Source: Granulicella sp.
GTDB taxonomy: Bacteria; Acidobacteriota; Terriglobia; Terriglobales; Acidobacteriaceae
Direction: 5' to 3'
Length of the DNA: 64,000 nt
Assembly (NCBI GenBank): GCA_003138795.1
Contig: PLHC01000062.1
Span: 31,410-95,409 of the forward strand
The position numbers were made by a program, and so were the translations under genes. The notes under the pieces are model-generated. The model saw only the letters and a program-made list of their open reading frames with translations, did not search any database and was not told where the DNA came from. Below, one piece after another: positions 1 to 9,727 of the stretch. The stretch's first letter is position 1, and every line of letters begins with the position of its first letter.

Positions 1-228
1 GATGAGTATCCCGCCCGCCTTCTCGAGGTCCTTCTTGAGCTTCGTAGCATTCCCCTGGACCGCGAAATCGAGATCGCGGATGGGCGCTCCGCTGGTCAGG
101 TCGCGCACCGCTCCGCCGACCAGAAAGACGGTCATGGCGCGCGCGCGAGCGGCTTCGCGCACATGTTCGAGGGCGGATTGTTGCGCCGGGGTGAGGCGCG
201 TCTGCAACAGATAGATATAGTCAGCCAT
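1..228 (-). CDS. poly(A) polymerase / CCA-adding tRNA nucleotidyltransferase family protein, N-terminal 76 codons (gene continues past left edge)
   Basis: Own minus-strand translation from ATG at 228: MADYIYLLQTRLTPAQQSALEHVREAARARAMTVFLVGGAVRDLTSGAPIRDLDFAVQGNATKLKKDLEKAGGILI. GGxVRD...DLDF is the nucleotidyltransferase head motif of this family. There is no stop in the window, so it is absent from the ORF track. Confidence 0.6.
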   Translation of the reverse strand, partial: MADYIYLLQTRLTPAQQSALEHVREAARARAMTVFLVGGAVRDLTSGAPIRDLDFAVQGNATKLKKDLEKAGGILI

Positions 229-411
229 GAGGTTGCTTCTTACTCCGAGCGGCCGCGAAGATTTCGAGCGGCCGTCCTAACTTGCTGTATATCAAGCGCT
301 TACGGAGAAACTACGAGTCGACACAACTTTCGATTCTACACGCTTTGCGGTGGATTTGCTACTGTTTTGCACTATGATTGTGGCTATTGGCGGTATGGGT
401 GCATCCACACG

Positions 412-930
412 ATGGCTTCGGCACAGAAGAAAGTCGTTGTACGAACATTCGCGGGTGTTTTGGCGTGGGGCTACCTTCCGCAAGGCGGCTTCTTGCGCGA
501 AAACAGTATCCACCTCATGGGCATTGACGGACGCGTAACCAGTCGCAATATCACAGAGATCAAGACAATAGCTTATGTGCGGGATTTCAACCTTGATGAC
601 CCTCTTGATCCTGAGCGAATCGGGCGCAAGTCGTTCCCCTCGAGGCCCAGGGCGGACGGTCTTTGGCTGAAACTGACCTTCCGCAACGACGACGTACTCG
701 AGGGCCTTGCCAACTTCGATATTGGCTTCACGGATTCACTGCTCGAGGATCGTGGCCTCTTCCTGACGCCCCCGGACCTGAGGGCGAACACGCAGAGACT
801 CTTCGTGCCACGGGCAGCGCTGCGGTCGCTGGAGGTCCTCGGCTTTGTGACAGCGCCTTCGAAGCGTCTCACGGCGAAGCCGGCGGCGCGGGTGACGGCT
901 GACACCCAAACCAAGCTCTTCGGCGAGTAA
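412..930 (+). CDS. hypothetical protein (172 aa)
   Basis: ORF 163..930 trimmed to ATG 412 (MASAQKKVVV...), the first start downstream of the divergent gene that begins at 228. No family recognised by eye. Confidence 0.5.
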   Translation: MASAQKKVVVRTFAGVLAWGYLPQGGFLRENSIHLMGIDGRVTSRNITEIKTIAYVRDFNLDDPLDPERIGRKSFPSRPRADGLWLKLTFRNDDVLEGLANFDIGFTDSLLEDRGLFLTPPDLRANTQRLFVPRAALRSLEVLGFVTAPSKRLTAKPAARVTADTQTKLFGE

Positions 931-940
931 ACTCTGCAAT

Positions 941-1981
941 ATGAATCTGGGCGAGTTAGCACACCGGCTGGGAGTCGAATTGGTTGCAGGCGAGGGCGAA
1001 AGCCTCCAGAGGGCTGCCGAGCGCACCATCGACGGCGTCGCCGGCATCGAGACAGCCGGCCCAACCAGCGTGACCTTCGTTGCGAACCCAAAGTACGCAG
1101 CGCTGGCACGAACCACGCACGCTGCCGCGCTGATCGTGGAGCCCAGCTTCCCCGCCCTCAAGACGGCCACGCTGCGAACACCCAATCCGTACCTCGCGTG
1201 GTCGAAGGCAATCGCGGTCTTTCACCCTGCGCCGCGGTATGAGCCTGGCGTGCATCCGACGGCCGTGGTGGCCGAGAGTTCGCGCGTCGGGGCACGGGCG
1301 CACATCGGCGCGTACGTAGTCGTGGGCGAGCGCTGCAAGCTCGGCGACGACGCCGTTCTGCTGCCGCATGTCGTTCTCTACGATGGAGTTACCGTGGGAG
1401 ACCGGTTTCTCGCGCACGCCCATTCAGTGGTCCGCGAGAACTGCCGACTGGGCGACGACGTCGTCCTCCAGAACGGCGCGGTGATCGGTGCCGACGGCTT
1501 TGGCTTTGCCAGGAATGCGGATGGCCGCTGGGTAAAGATCGTGCAATCCGGTCTGGCCGTGCTGGAGAACGCCGTCGAGGTCCAGGCCAACGCCTGCGTC
1601 GACCGCGCAACGATCGGCGAGACGCGCATTGCGGTGGGCGTAAAGATCGACAACCTGGTGCAGGTCGGGCATGGTTGCAGCGTCGGCGAGAATACGCTGC
1701 TCTGTTCGCAAACCGGACTGGGCGGGTCGACGACGGTAGGAAAGAATGTCATCCTCGCCGGCCAGGTCGGCTCGGCAGGACATCTGACCATCGGCGATGG
1801 CGCAATTGCAACCGCCCAGACGGGCATTCCGTCGGATGTGGCGCCGGGCGCGGTCGTGAGCGGCTATCCAGCGATGGACAACCGTGCGTGGTTGCGGACC
1901 GTCGCCGCGGTAAATCGTCTGCCGGAGCTGTTGCGCAGATTTAATGCGCTTGAAAAGCAAATGGATACCGCGAAAAAGTAG
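941..1981 (+). CDS. lpxD: UDP-3-O-acylglucosamine N-acyltransferase
   Basis: 346 aa. An LpxD-type N-terminal domain is followed by a long run of hexapeptide (left-handed beta-helix) repeats, e.g. GARAHIGAYVVVGERCKLGDDAVL, GDDVVLQNGAVIGADGFGF and GENTLLCSQTGLGGSTTVGKNVILAGQVG. Confidence 0.9.
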   Translation: MNLGELAHRLGVELVAGEGESLQRAAERTIDGVAGIETAGPTSVTFVANPKYAALARTTHAAALIVEPSFPALKTATLRTPNPYLAWSKAIAVFHPAPRYEPGVHPTAVVAESSRVGARAHIGAYVVVGERCKLGDDAVLLPHVVLYDGVTVGDRFLAHAHSVVRENCRLGDDVVLQNGAVIGADGFGFARNADGRWVKIVQSGLAVLENAVEVQANACVDRATIGETRIAVGVKIDNLVQVGHGCSVGENTLLCSQTGLGGSTTVGKNVILAGQVGSAGHLTIGDGAIATAQTGIPSDVAPGAVVSGYPAMDNRAWLRTVAAVNRLPELLRRFNALEKQMDTAKK

Positions 1982-2004
1982 CCCTAGGGCAGACTGCCAG
2001 GCCA

Positions 2005-2394
2005 ATGAATCTCCGCACAAATCTCCGCACAAAGAAGATCGCGCGGCAGGCCACAACCTGCCTCAGCCTCGCCGCGCTTGCATTTGGCGGACTCGCAGGT
2101 TGCCGCTCACACTACGTCGCGGCGGATGTTAAGAACAGCTCTGGTGCAACGGTCTCACTGGTCGAGGTCGATTACCCCAGCGCCAGCTTTGGCCAGCAGT
2201 CCCTCGCCGCCGGGGCCTCCTATCACTACCGCTTCAAGATCCTCGGCGACGGCCCCACCAAAATCCTCTGGACCGATGCCGAGCACAACGATCACACTGT
2301 TTCCGGGCCGTCCTTGCAGGAGGGCCAGGAGGGTACGTTGACGGTCACCATCACTGGCGACACCGCCCTCTGGAGCACGCACCTGCGGCCGTAA
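2005..2394 (+). CDS. putative lipoprotein (129 aa)
   Basis: N-terminal signal peptide ending in lipobox LAGC (LAALAFGGLAGC/RSH). No further family recognised. Confidence 0.6.
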   Translation: MNLRTNLRTKKIARQATTCLSLAALAFGGLAGCRSHYVAADVKNSSGATVSLVEVDYPSASFGQQSLAAGASYHYRFKILGDGPTKILWTDAEHNDHTVSGPSLQEGQEGTLTVTITGDTALWSTHLRP

Positions 2395-2442
2395 TCCTCA
2401 TCCACATAACCCAGTGCAATCCCAGTGCAGTAGACTCGGGTC

Positions 2443-3168
2443 GTGAGCCGCGGATTGTTCATCACGTTTGAAGGTCTGGATGGGTCGGGCAAGACGACCC
2501 AGCTACGGCATCTTGCCGCTTCGCTCGAGGCGGAGGGGCATCGCGTCGTCACGTTGCGGCAACCCGGCGGAACGCCACTGGGCGACCGGATTCGGGCCAT
2601 TCTGCTGGACTCGCGCAGCGAGTCCGAGGTGGGCGCCATCGCACCCGAGGCCGAGATGGCCCTGATGTTCGCCGATCGCGCACAGTCCCTCCAGCAGGTG
2701 ATCCTCCCGGCCTTAGCGCAAGGCGCTGTCGTTCTTTGCGATCGCTACACGGACTCCTCTGAGGCGTATCAGGGGGCTGGCCGCGGCCTCGGCAGCGAGC
2801 GCATTCTCGCCATGCACCGCACGGTCTGCAACGACATCCAGCCCGACCTCACCATTCTTCTCCTGCCACCGCTGCAGAGCTCGCTGCATCGAGCGCGGCG
2901 TCGCAATGAACGGCATGTGCAGCAACTTGGCACGGACGAAAACCGTTTCGAGCGCGAGGGCGACGTCTTCTACGCCCGGGTCTATGAACAATATCGCGAG
3001 ATTGCCCTGCGCGACGAAAAGCGCGTCATAGTATTCGCGGATGAGGCCCCCATTGGGGTCATCGCACAGCGCATTCTGGAAGCCGTGAGCGCCCGGTTGG
3101 CCCAGACTGCCGCGGATGCCACGCCTCTGGCATCCAGAGTTCCACGGTCCAGCAATGAGAGATTTTGA
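2443..3168 (+). CDS. tmk: thymidylate (dTMP) kinase
   Basis: GTG start. P-loop FITFEGLDGSGKTTQ, DRY-type motif (CDRYTDSSEAYQG) and LID-region arginines match the typical Tmk layout. Confidence 0.9.
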   Translation: MSRGLFITFEGLDGSGKTTQLRHLAASLEAEGHRVVTLRQPGGTPLGDRIRAILLDSRSESEVGAIAPEAEMALMFADRAQSLQQVILPALAQGAVVLCDRYTDSSEAYQGAGRGLGSERILAMHRTVCNDIQPDLTILLLPPLQSSLHRARRRNERHVQQLGTDENRFEREGDVFYARVYEQYREIALRDEKRVIVFADEAPIGVIAQRILEAVSARLAQTAADATPLASRVPRSSNERF

Positions 3169-4615
3169 GCGAGAGTACGACTACATTCCTGCCCGAACGC
3201 GCGGCGAGTGGCGCCTGCCCCCAGGCCTGAAGCGCGCGCTTCCCTACTATGCGCGGCGCAAGTGGGTGAGTTTTGGCGAGCCGATTCCGCTCTTCGAGCA
3301 CCTGCACAAGGTGTTCGGCAAGATTGCGCACTACCGGTTCTTCAACACAACGATCGTCTTCGTCAACTCTCCGGAGTGGATCAACGAGATCCTGGTCACT
3401 CAGGGTGGCAGCTTCGTCCGCGAGCGCACGCTGAAGCGCATGAAGATCCTGCTTGGCGAAGGTCTTATCACCTCCGACGACCCCATCCACATGCAGCAGC
3501 GGCGGATCGTAGCTCCGGCATTTCATCGCGAGCGCATCGCTGGGTATGCCGGGCAGATCATAGCCAAAGCAGCGGCGGCCGCCGATCGCTGGAGCGAAGG
3601 GCAGGAGATCGACATCGCCGACGAGATGATGCAGCTCAGCATGCATATCGTTGCGAAGACGCTATTCGACTCCGAGGTCACGGCCGATGTGCTCTCGGTG
3701 CGCGACGAGGTGAACGCGATCATGGGACTGTACAACTTCCTGATCGCATTCCCGAAGCTGGAGAGCGTGCTGCACTGGCCGATTCCCGGCGTAATGAAGT
3801 TCCGCAGGTCGCGTGCACGGCTGGATGCGCTGGTAGCAACGATGATCGCGAGCCGCAGGACGCTCACCCGAGAGCAACTGCTGCAACGCGGCGATCTATT
3901 GTCGATGCTGGTCGCCGCTCGCGATGAAGGAGACGGCACGCAGGAGCCTCCAGCAACTGCAACGCCCGCGGCGAATGAAATGCCCGCGGCAGGGGGAATG
4001 ACCGACACGCAGGTGCGCGACGAAGTGCTCACCATCTTTCTCGCCGGCTACGAGACCGTCGCGAATGCGCTGACCTGGACTTGGTATCTACTCAGCCAGA
4101 ACCCCGAAGCCGCCGCAAAGATGTACGCCGAGGTCGAGCAGGTACTCGGCGGTGCAACCGCAACCGCGGAGAGCTTTGCGCGGCTGAAGTACACCGAGAT
4201 GGTCTTCGCCGAGTCGATGCGACTGTACCCACCCGCCTGGGCCATGGGACGGCAATCGACCCAGCCTGTGGAACTTGGTCCCTACAGGTTCCCACCCGGA
4301 ACACACTTCTTCTTCAGCCAGTACATCATGCACCGCTCGCCGGAGTTCTGGCCCGACCCGCTCGCCTTCCGTCCCGAGCGCCACACCGCCGAAGCCCGCG
4401 CCGAGCGCCCGCGCTTCGTCTACTTCCCCTTCGGCGGCGGCCGGCGTCAGTGCATCGGCGAGGGCTTCGCGTGGATGGAAGGCGTTCTCTCGCTTGCGAC
4501 GATCGCGCAGCGCTGGCGACTGCACTTCGTACCGAAGTACCCGGTCATTCCTCAGGCCCGGATCACCCTCCGCCCGAAGTTCCCCATGATCATGCGCATC
4601 GAACCTGCCCAATGA
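3155..4615 (+). CDS. cytochrome P450
   Basis: Cys-ligand heme loop FPFGGGRRQCIGEGFA, ExxR (ESMRLYPP) and I-helix LAGYETVANAL. The ORF opens at 3116, but that start overlaps tmk by 53 nt, so ATG 3155 (MRDFEREY) is preferred. The start remains uncertain. Confidence 0.88.
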   Translation: MRDFEREYDYIPARTRGEWRLPPGLKRALPYYARRKWVSFGEPIPLFEHLHKVFGKIAHYRFFNTTIVFVNSPEWINEILVTQGGSFVRERTLKRMKILLGEGLITSDDPIHMQQRRIVAPAFHRERIAGYAGQIIAKAAAAADRWSEGQEIDIADEMMQLSMHIVAKTLFDSEVTADVLSVRDEVNAIMGLYNFLIAFPKLESVLHWPIPGVMKFRRSRARLDALVATMIASRRTLTREQLLQRGDLLSMLVAARDEGDGTQEPPATATPAANEMPAAGGMTDTQVRDEVLTIFLAGYETVANALTWTWYLLSQNPEAAAKMYAEVEQVLGGATATAESFARLKYTEMVFAESMRLYPPAWAMGRQSTQPVELGPYRFPPGTHFFFSQYIMHRSPEFWPDPLAFRPERHTAEARAERPRFVYFPFGGGRRQCIGEGFAWMEGVLSLATIAQRWRLHFVPKYPVIPQARITLRPKFPMIMRIEPAQ

Positions 4616-4655
4616 CTCGCTCCCGCGCGAAGCGTCCTTCGCCGTCCGCGCAGGA

Positions 4656-4952
4656 CCTGTCAAGCCCCCACACCCACCCGGAATCACCAAAACCCCTATG
4701 AACACCGGCGATTTATTTCTCCGGAAGTTGGCATAGTTACCCTGTCCAACTCGCTACAATTGAACTAGAGAGAATTCCTGTCGGCGGGGATGGCAATGCG
4801 ATTTCCCCCAAAACCGCACCTAACCCTCATTGATCCAATACTTTGCCCGTAAAGTATCTGAATGGAATACTTTACAGACACCCATTTTGCTAACTATTGC
4901 AACCAGAGACTTTACGAAATCAGGGGGGGAGGGGGGGTGCCCCCTCTCCCCC
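4656..4952 (-). repeat. dispersed structured repeat, copy A (about 297 bp, inverted relative to copies B and C)
   Basis: The reverse complement aligns along its whole length with 24882..25161 and 18319..18610. One end is CCTGTCAAGCCCCC. The other end is a G-run/C-run palindrome (GGGGGGGAGGGGGGGTGCCCCCTCTCCCCC). Confidence 0.85.
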
Positions 4953-4989
4953 GCTCGGTCTACTGCGACGGAAGAGGTAAGCTGAAGTC

Positions 4990-6141
4990 GTGGCGCTCCC
5001 TCAAACATTCAACGAATTCGTCGGCAACCAAACCGTCGTCGAGAGCCTTCGCGCAGCGATCGCTGCAGGCCGTCTGCCGCACTCGCTGATCCTGCTCGGA
5101 CCGCGAGGCGCGGGCAAGTTCACCCTCTCGCTGCTGCTCACGATGGCTCTGGAGTGCGAACAGCAGCCGCGCGAGACCGCAGCCGATGGCCTCAACGCTG
5201 GCCGCGAGTTGGCCAGCTTCTGCGGCGTCTGCCGCAACTGCACCCGCATCGCCGAGAGCTCTGATCTCGAGGCGAAGATCGACGAGGCCGTCGCAGCGCG
5301 CGATGAGCTGCGCGAGACCGACAAGAAGGACACGCGCGTCCTTATCCAGACGCACCCCGACGTGCTGATTATTCCACCCGATCCGCCGCAGTTGCTCATC
5401 AAGCTCGGGCAGATTCGCACCCTGATCGGTCGCGCGCACTATCTCCCCACCGAAGCGCGCGCGAAGGTCTTCCTGCTGACCTCGACAGCCTTCATGAAGG
5501 AGGCGGCGAACTCGCTCCTGAAGGTGCTCGAAGAGCCGCCAGCGTATGTGCACATCCTCCTGATGGCCGAGAACCTCGGAGATCTGCTCCCGACGATTCG
5601 CTCGCGCTGTGCGGTAGCGCATCTCGGTGCGCTGCCAGTAGAGGAGATCGCCGCGCTCCTCGCCGCGCGCCGGCCGGAGCTCAACCAGGTCGAGCGTGAG
5701 CTGACCGCGCGGTTGAGCGAGGGAGCAGCCGGACGCGCCCTCGGCTTCAACCTCGCCGAGTACGCTGCAGGACGCTCCGACGCACTGACCATGCTGCACA
5801 ACGCCGAGCAGAGCGGCGGCCTACAAGACCACTCGACGCTCTTCCGGATGACCGAGACCTATCGCGCAGGGGCCGAGGGCCAGACCAGGACCACGGCGCT
5901 GCTGCGCGCTCTATCGAGTCTGCTGGAGGACATCCTGTTGCTGCAGTCGGGTGCCGCCGATCGGGTGCGCAACATCGACAAGCGGTCTGAACTGCAGCGC
6001 CTTGCCGACACGTTCAGCTTCGAGTGGATCGAGTCGGCGGTGCGTGGGCTGGACGCGGTGCAGAGCGGAATGCGCCGTAACCTGTTGCGCTCGTTAAGCC
6101 TGGACGCGCTGGCCGTGGAACTCGAGGGCGGACGATATTAA
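4990..6141 (+). CDS. holB: DNA polymerase III subunit delta-prime
   Basis: GTG start. Clamp-loader AAA+ features are present: GRLPHSLILLGPRGAGKFTL (Walker A), zinc module CGVCRNCTRI and SRC motif (TIRSRC). Confidence 0.85.
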   Translation: MALPQTFNEFVGNQTVVESLRAAIAAGRLPHSLILLGPRGAGKFTLSLLLTMALECEQQPRETAADGLNAGRELASFCGVCRNCTRIAESSDLEAKIDEAVAARDELRETDKKDTRVLIQTHPDVLIIPPDPPQLLIKLGQIRTLIGRAHYLPTEARAKVFLLTSTAFMKEAANSLLKVLEEPPAYVHILLMAENLGDLLPTIRSRCAVAHLGALPVEEIAALLAARRPELNQVERELTARLSEGAAGRALGFNLAEYAAGRSDALTMLHNAEQSGGLQDHSTLFRMTETYRAGAEGQTRTTALLRALSSLLEDILLLQSGAADRVRNIDKRSELQRLADTFSFEWIESAVRGLDAVQSGMRRNLLRSLSLDALAVELEGGRY

Positions 6142-6300
6142 CCGTTGAAACAAACAACCCCTTGTCAGCGTCTTTACATCGAATGTTAGATATCTCATTT
6201 TGAACAGTACCAAGCACGATTTTGGTCGTACCGGATTCGGCCCCCCGCATCGATTCATGTTTCCGGCTGCGTTTGTGCAGCCCTCAATGGAGAAGCCGCA

Positions 6301-6708
6301 ATGCCGGTGAAGAGAGCCTTGATGGAGAGCAAGAACACCGCTCGCAAAGACGACAACACGTTCAACGGAACGCGCAAACTCGTACGTCCGCATCTGCCGC
6401 CGGCTGAGCGCAGACGCGATCCTTTGCATGCTGAAGATCCTCTGACGCATGCGATGATTGTCGATGCTCATGGCACGCCAGAAAGCTCCCACGCTGAGGC
6501 GTTCTACTTCCAGAAGCAGATGCAGCAGCAGACCGAGATGACGGTCGTGCTCGAAGACGGTGAGCAGTTGCGCGGCATTATCCAGTGGTACGACAAGTGC
6601 GCGCTGAAGCTGACGGTGGGACGCAACCGTGTCTTAGTCTACAAGGCCGGCATCAAGTATCTGCATAAGGCGAGCGAGGGTTACGCGACCGTCAGCGTGA
6701 TGAAGTAG
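6301..6708 (+). CDS. Hfq-like Sm-fold RNA-binding protein with N-terminal extension
   Basis: The C-terminal 60 aa (AEAFYFQKQMQQQTEMTVVLEDGEQLRGIIQWYDKCALKLTVGRNRVLVYKAGIKYLHK) follows the Hfq Sm1/Sm2 pattern (V.L.nG..l.G.I..fD.......lvYKhaI). The start codon is uncertain; alternatives are 6322 and 6454. Confidence 0.55.
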   Translation: MPVKRALMESKNTARKDDNTFNGTRKLVRPHLPPAERRRDPLHAEDPLTHAMIVDAHGTPESSHAEAFYFQKQMQQQTEMTVVLEDGEQLRGIIQWYDKCALKLTVGRNRVLVYKAGIKYLHKASEGYATVSVMK

Positions 6709-6716
6709 CTGGCGAA

Positions 6717-7769
6717 TTACGTAGAGCGTGCTGCCTTTTGCAGACGGTCTCGGATCGCGTCGGCAATACCGCCAGGTTCCGGCAATGGACACAGGATAAG
6801 CGAGACTCCACGGTCGTCGAGTGCGCGGAGGCCGGCGAAGAGCGTTGCGGCGAGGCCTTTGGGGTCGTCCCACCGACCCCATGGCTGAAGGATCGCGTCT
6901 CCTGGCAGCGCCCAACCAACGGGCAGCAACACACCTACGGATGCGCTGGGAGCATTGGATCCAGCCTGCTGCAACGCCGCTTGTAACGCGTCGTTGAGTG
7001 CTGCGGCAGAGCCCGCGACAAGCGCCATGCGGGCCCGAGGCGCGTAGTGGCGGATACCCACTCCGGGCGATGGCATGGATGCGGGATGATCACTCTGTGC
7101 AGCGGCGGGATTGGGGAGGAACACTTCCACAGCGACGCCCGTTACCGCGGTGAGTTGCTCGGCCGTCACAGCACCCGGACGGTAGAGCACCATCGGCGTT
7201 TGGGTTGGATCGACCACGCTTGACTCGAGGCCGATGTAGGTTGGGCCAGCATCGAGGACAGCATCGATGCGGCCTTCGAGGTCAGCGAGGACGTGCGCTG
7301 CGGTTGTGGGGCTGGTGTGTCCGAAGAGGTTGGCACTAGGGGCGGCGATGGGTAGCCCCACAGCGGCAAGCAAGGCGTGCGCCGCGGGGTGGGCGGGCAC
7401 ACGGACACCGACGAGTTTCCTGCCGGCTGTTACGGCGTCTGGAACGGCCGCGCTACGAGGAAGCAGCAGCGTGAGCGGTCCTGGCCAGAAGGCTTTGGCT
7501 AGCGCGGCAATGCGCTGGGCGAGCTCTGCAGGCACCTGCGCTACGCTGCTAAGTTGCTCTGCTGAAGCAAGATGCACGATGAGCGGATCCCATGATGGAC
7601 GTTGTTTGGCGGCGAATATACCGGCGACGGCCTCCGGAGAAAGAGCATTGGCGCCGAGGCCGTAGACTGTCTCCGTAGCGAAGGCGACGAGACGGCCTGC
7701 ACGGAGCATATTCACTGCACGGCTAAGGTCGGCCGGGTTCGAAGCATCGAGATGGAGTGCATGAGACAT
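6717..7769 (-). CDS. tsaC: L-threonylcarbamoyladenylate synthase (Sua5/YrdC type, two-domain)
   Basis: YrdC-domain motifs FATETVYGLGANA and KQRPSWDPLIVHL, plus a C-terminal Sua5-type domain; 350 aa. Confidence 0.9.
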   Translation of the reverse strand: MSHALHLDASNPADLSRAVNMLRAGRLVAFATETVYGLGANALSPEAVAGIFAAKQRPSWDPLIVHLASAEQLSSVAQVPAELAQRIAALAKAFWPGPLTLLLPRSAAVPDAVTAGRKLVGVRVPAHPAAHALLAAVGLPIAAPSANLFGHTSPTTAAHVLADLEGRIDAVLDAGPTYIGLESSVVDPTQTPMVLYRPGAVTAEQLTAVTGVAVEVFLPNPAAAQSDHPASMPSPGVGIRHYAPRARMALVAGSAAALNDALQAALQQAGSNAPSASVGVLLPVGWALPGDAILQPWGRWDDPKGLAATLFAGLRALDDRGVSLILCPLPEPGGIADAIRDRLQKAARST

Positions 7770-7848
7770 GGGCGAGCTTCCCTATCGTAGCGAATCGGAC
7801 AGAGTTACAGGGCTTCCAGCGGGCTGAAAGAGATTCCCGAGGCTAACA

Positions 7849-8463
7849 ATGCGGACGTATACTGACGCCATGCAGGCTGCGGAGATCGAGCTGAAGTTTT
7901 CTGTGACGGATGTTCGGGCGCTTCGCTCGGCCGCCGATAGGCTTGGATTCAGACTGGTGACCGAGCGCACCTTCGAGAGCAACACGCTCTACGATACCGC
8001 CGATCGGCAACTGCGCGGACGCACGCAGATCCTGCGACTGCGGCAGTATGGCGCACGCTGCACCGTGACGCATAAGCGGCTGGCCGATGGCGGAGATGGC
8101 GACCTGCGGTACAAGACGCGTATCGAGACCGAGTGCCAGGTCGAGGACTGTAAGGCGCTGGCCGAGATCTTCACGCAGCTTGGCTATGGCCCTGTTTTTC
8201 GCTATGAGAAGTTCCGTACCGAGTACGAGTTGGATGAGGGCCACCTGGTTCTGGACGAGACGCCGATTGGCATTTGGGCAGAGCTGGAAGGTCCGCCGGT
8301 GTGGATCGACGCGATGTTGGAACGACTTGGCATCGCACCGGAACTGCGGTCCACGGAAAGTTACGGCACACTCTTCCTGCGGTGGAAGGAAGCGACGGGA
8401 AGTCCCGCACAGAATCTGACATTTCAGGAAGTTACGGCCTGCGCGGAAGCCGCGGCGCGGTAA
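7849..8463 (+). CDS. CYTH-domain protein (triphosphate tunnel metalloenzyme / class IV adenylate cyclase-like)
   Basis: N-terminal ExExK signature (AEIELKFSV). Size (204 aa) and alternating beta-strand pattern are typical of CYTH. Confidence 0.75.
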   Translation: MRTYTDAMQAAEIELKFSVTDVRALRSAADRLGFRLVTERTFESNTLYDTADRQLRGRTQILRLRQYGARCTVTHKRLADGGDGDLRYKTRIETECQVEDCKALAEIFTQLGYGPVFRYEKFRTEYELDEGHLVLDETPIGIWAELEGPPVWIDAMLERLGIAPELRSTESYGTLFLRWKEATGSPAQNLTFQEVTACAEAAAR

Positions 8464-9453
8464 CTAGAAGATCTGGAAGTTGACGTCGATGTAGAGGTCG
8501 ACCTTGACCGGCTTGCCGTCCTTCATGGCGGGCTTGAACTTGTATTGGCGAACGGCCTCGACGGCCTTATCATCGAGCCCCATACCAACACCGCGAACGA
8601 CGCGGATGTGGGAAGGCTTTCCGTCTTCATCTACCCAAAGATAGACTTCGACATTTCCGGAGAACTTGGCCTTGCGCGCCTCTTCGGAGAATTCGGGCTC
8701 CACGCTGTAAAGGACGACCGGTTTGCTGACACCGCCGCCGATGTGCATTGGGCCTCCACCGGTGTTTCCGCCAGAGCCAGGGCCAATGCCGGAACCATTG
8801 CCCGAACCGATCCCGGTTCCGGTGCCGTTACCCAACGAGACTCCTTTGAGGCCGGAGTTGGGCAAGCCGAGGTTCGGCATAACGTTATTGGCCATCTTGA
8901 GATCCTTCTGAACGACGACAGTTGGGTCAATGGCGAGCTTTGGCGCAATCGTCGGCGGAGCCTTGGGAGGAACGATCTGCTGCTCTGCGAACTTAGGCAG
9001 CCGCCCCTGGGTAACGGGTGCCAGATCATGATGACCGCCGCCGCCGCCGATCTGTTCGGCCTTGGGAGCGATGGGAGGTGGAGGTGGCGGCACGATGACG
9101 GTCGCGATGGTCGTCTTGGCAGGCGTGCTGATCTGAACTTGCCTGGCAATGAAGAGCGCGATCAGGAGAATAACCAGGACGTGTGCGCCAATGGCCATAG
9201 CCGTCGAGGTGGGGCTCCGCTTGGTAGCCATGCGGTCGGGGACGGCGATGGGCTTGGATTCGAGGACCAACGGGGGAAGCTTAGGCGGGAAGAATACATC
9301 GCGAAAGCTGGAGATCAGTGAAGCAAAGACACCCTCTTCCTTGATCTCACCACTGAGATGCACAACTTCATCTGCCGGGCTTAGCACCGGTGCAGCGCGA
9401 TCGGGATCGATCTGGTTCGAGGGTGGCGGCGGAAGCGTTTCAGTATGAGCCAT
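8464..9453 (-). CDS. energy transducer TonB family protein
   Basis: Single TM (AIGAHVLVILLIALFIA), a Pro-rich spacer (VIVPPPPPPIAPK) and a C-terminal TonB_C fold (GNVEVYLWVDEDGKPSHIRVVRGVGMGLDDKAVEAVRQYKFKPAMKDGKPV). ORF trimmed to ATG 9453 (MAHTETL). Confidence 0.8.
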   Translation of the reverse strand: MAHTETLPPPPSNQIDPDRAAPVLSPADEVVHLSGEIKEEGVFASLISSFRDVFFPPKLPPLVLESKPIAVPDRMATKRSPTSTAMAIGAHVLVILLIALFIARQVQISTPAKTTIATVIVPPPPPPIAPKAEQIGGGGGHHDLAPVTQGRLPKFAEQQIVPPKAPPTIAPKLAIDPTVVVQKDLKMANNVMPNLGLPNSGLKGVSLGNGTGTGIGSGNGSGIGPGSGGNTGGGPMHIGGGVSKPVVLYSVEPEFSEEARKAKFSGNVEVYLWVDEDGKPSHIRVVRGVGMGLDDKAVEAVRQYKFKPAMKDGKPVKVDLYIDVNFQIF

Positions 9454-9727
9454 AAGGGAGGATCGGGTCTCGGCGCAGCCTTCTCTAATCGAGTGGTGCG
9501 GTGAATGCTGCCTTCGCCTTTTCGGAAGATGCGTCGCCAGGCCTGTGATCATTCTACAAACTCTTGCCCAGGCTTGCTCTCTACTTTAGACGCACGAGTC
9601 TAGAAAGTAGTTCACTAGCGGTTCAACGGGGCCCCACCGAGTTGCAATCGGCGGACAGGCTCCGCTGACCTTTACAATAGAAGTTTGGCCGCTCATACCG
9701 GAGTGTTTTCTTTGGCCGCACGGAACA

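Noticed and set aside
2-214. 70-aa plus-strand ORF at the left edge
   Set aside because: It is antisense to the nucleotidyltransferase-family N-terminus, which has a clear motif. The product is Arg/Ala/Ser-rich with no features.
3116-3154. Upstream ATG 3116 as the P450 start
   Set aside because: It would overlap the tmk 3' end by 53 nt, and the added residues (MPRLWHPEFHGPA) are not P450-like. It is kept as an alternative only.
4862-5089. Small ORFs inside the dispersed repeat (MEYFTDTHFANYCNQRLYEIRGGGG... here; MEYFAGSHFAEYCNQRLYRIRGEGG... at 24633..24965 minus)
   Set aside because: Differences between copies are mostly non-synonymous. The third copy (around 18400, minus strand) hits a TGA after 12 codons. 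The ORFs run out of the repeat into unrelated sequence. A nucleotide-level repeat explains them better.
9553-9727. Possible leader or riboswitch (T-box-like) upstream of ileS
   Set aside because: No specifier-loop/T-box consensus or convincing terminator/antiterminator pair could be found by eye. The region also serves as the divergent tonB promoter region.
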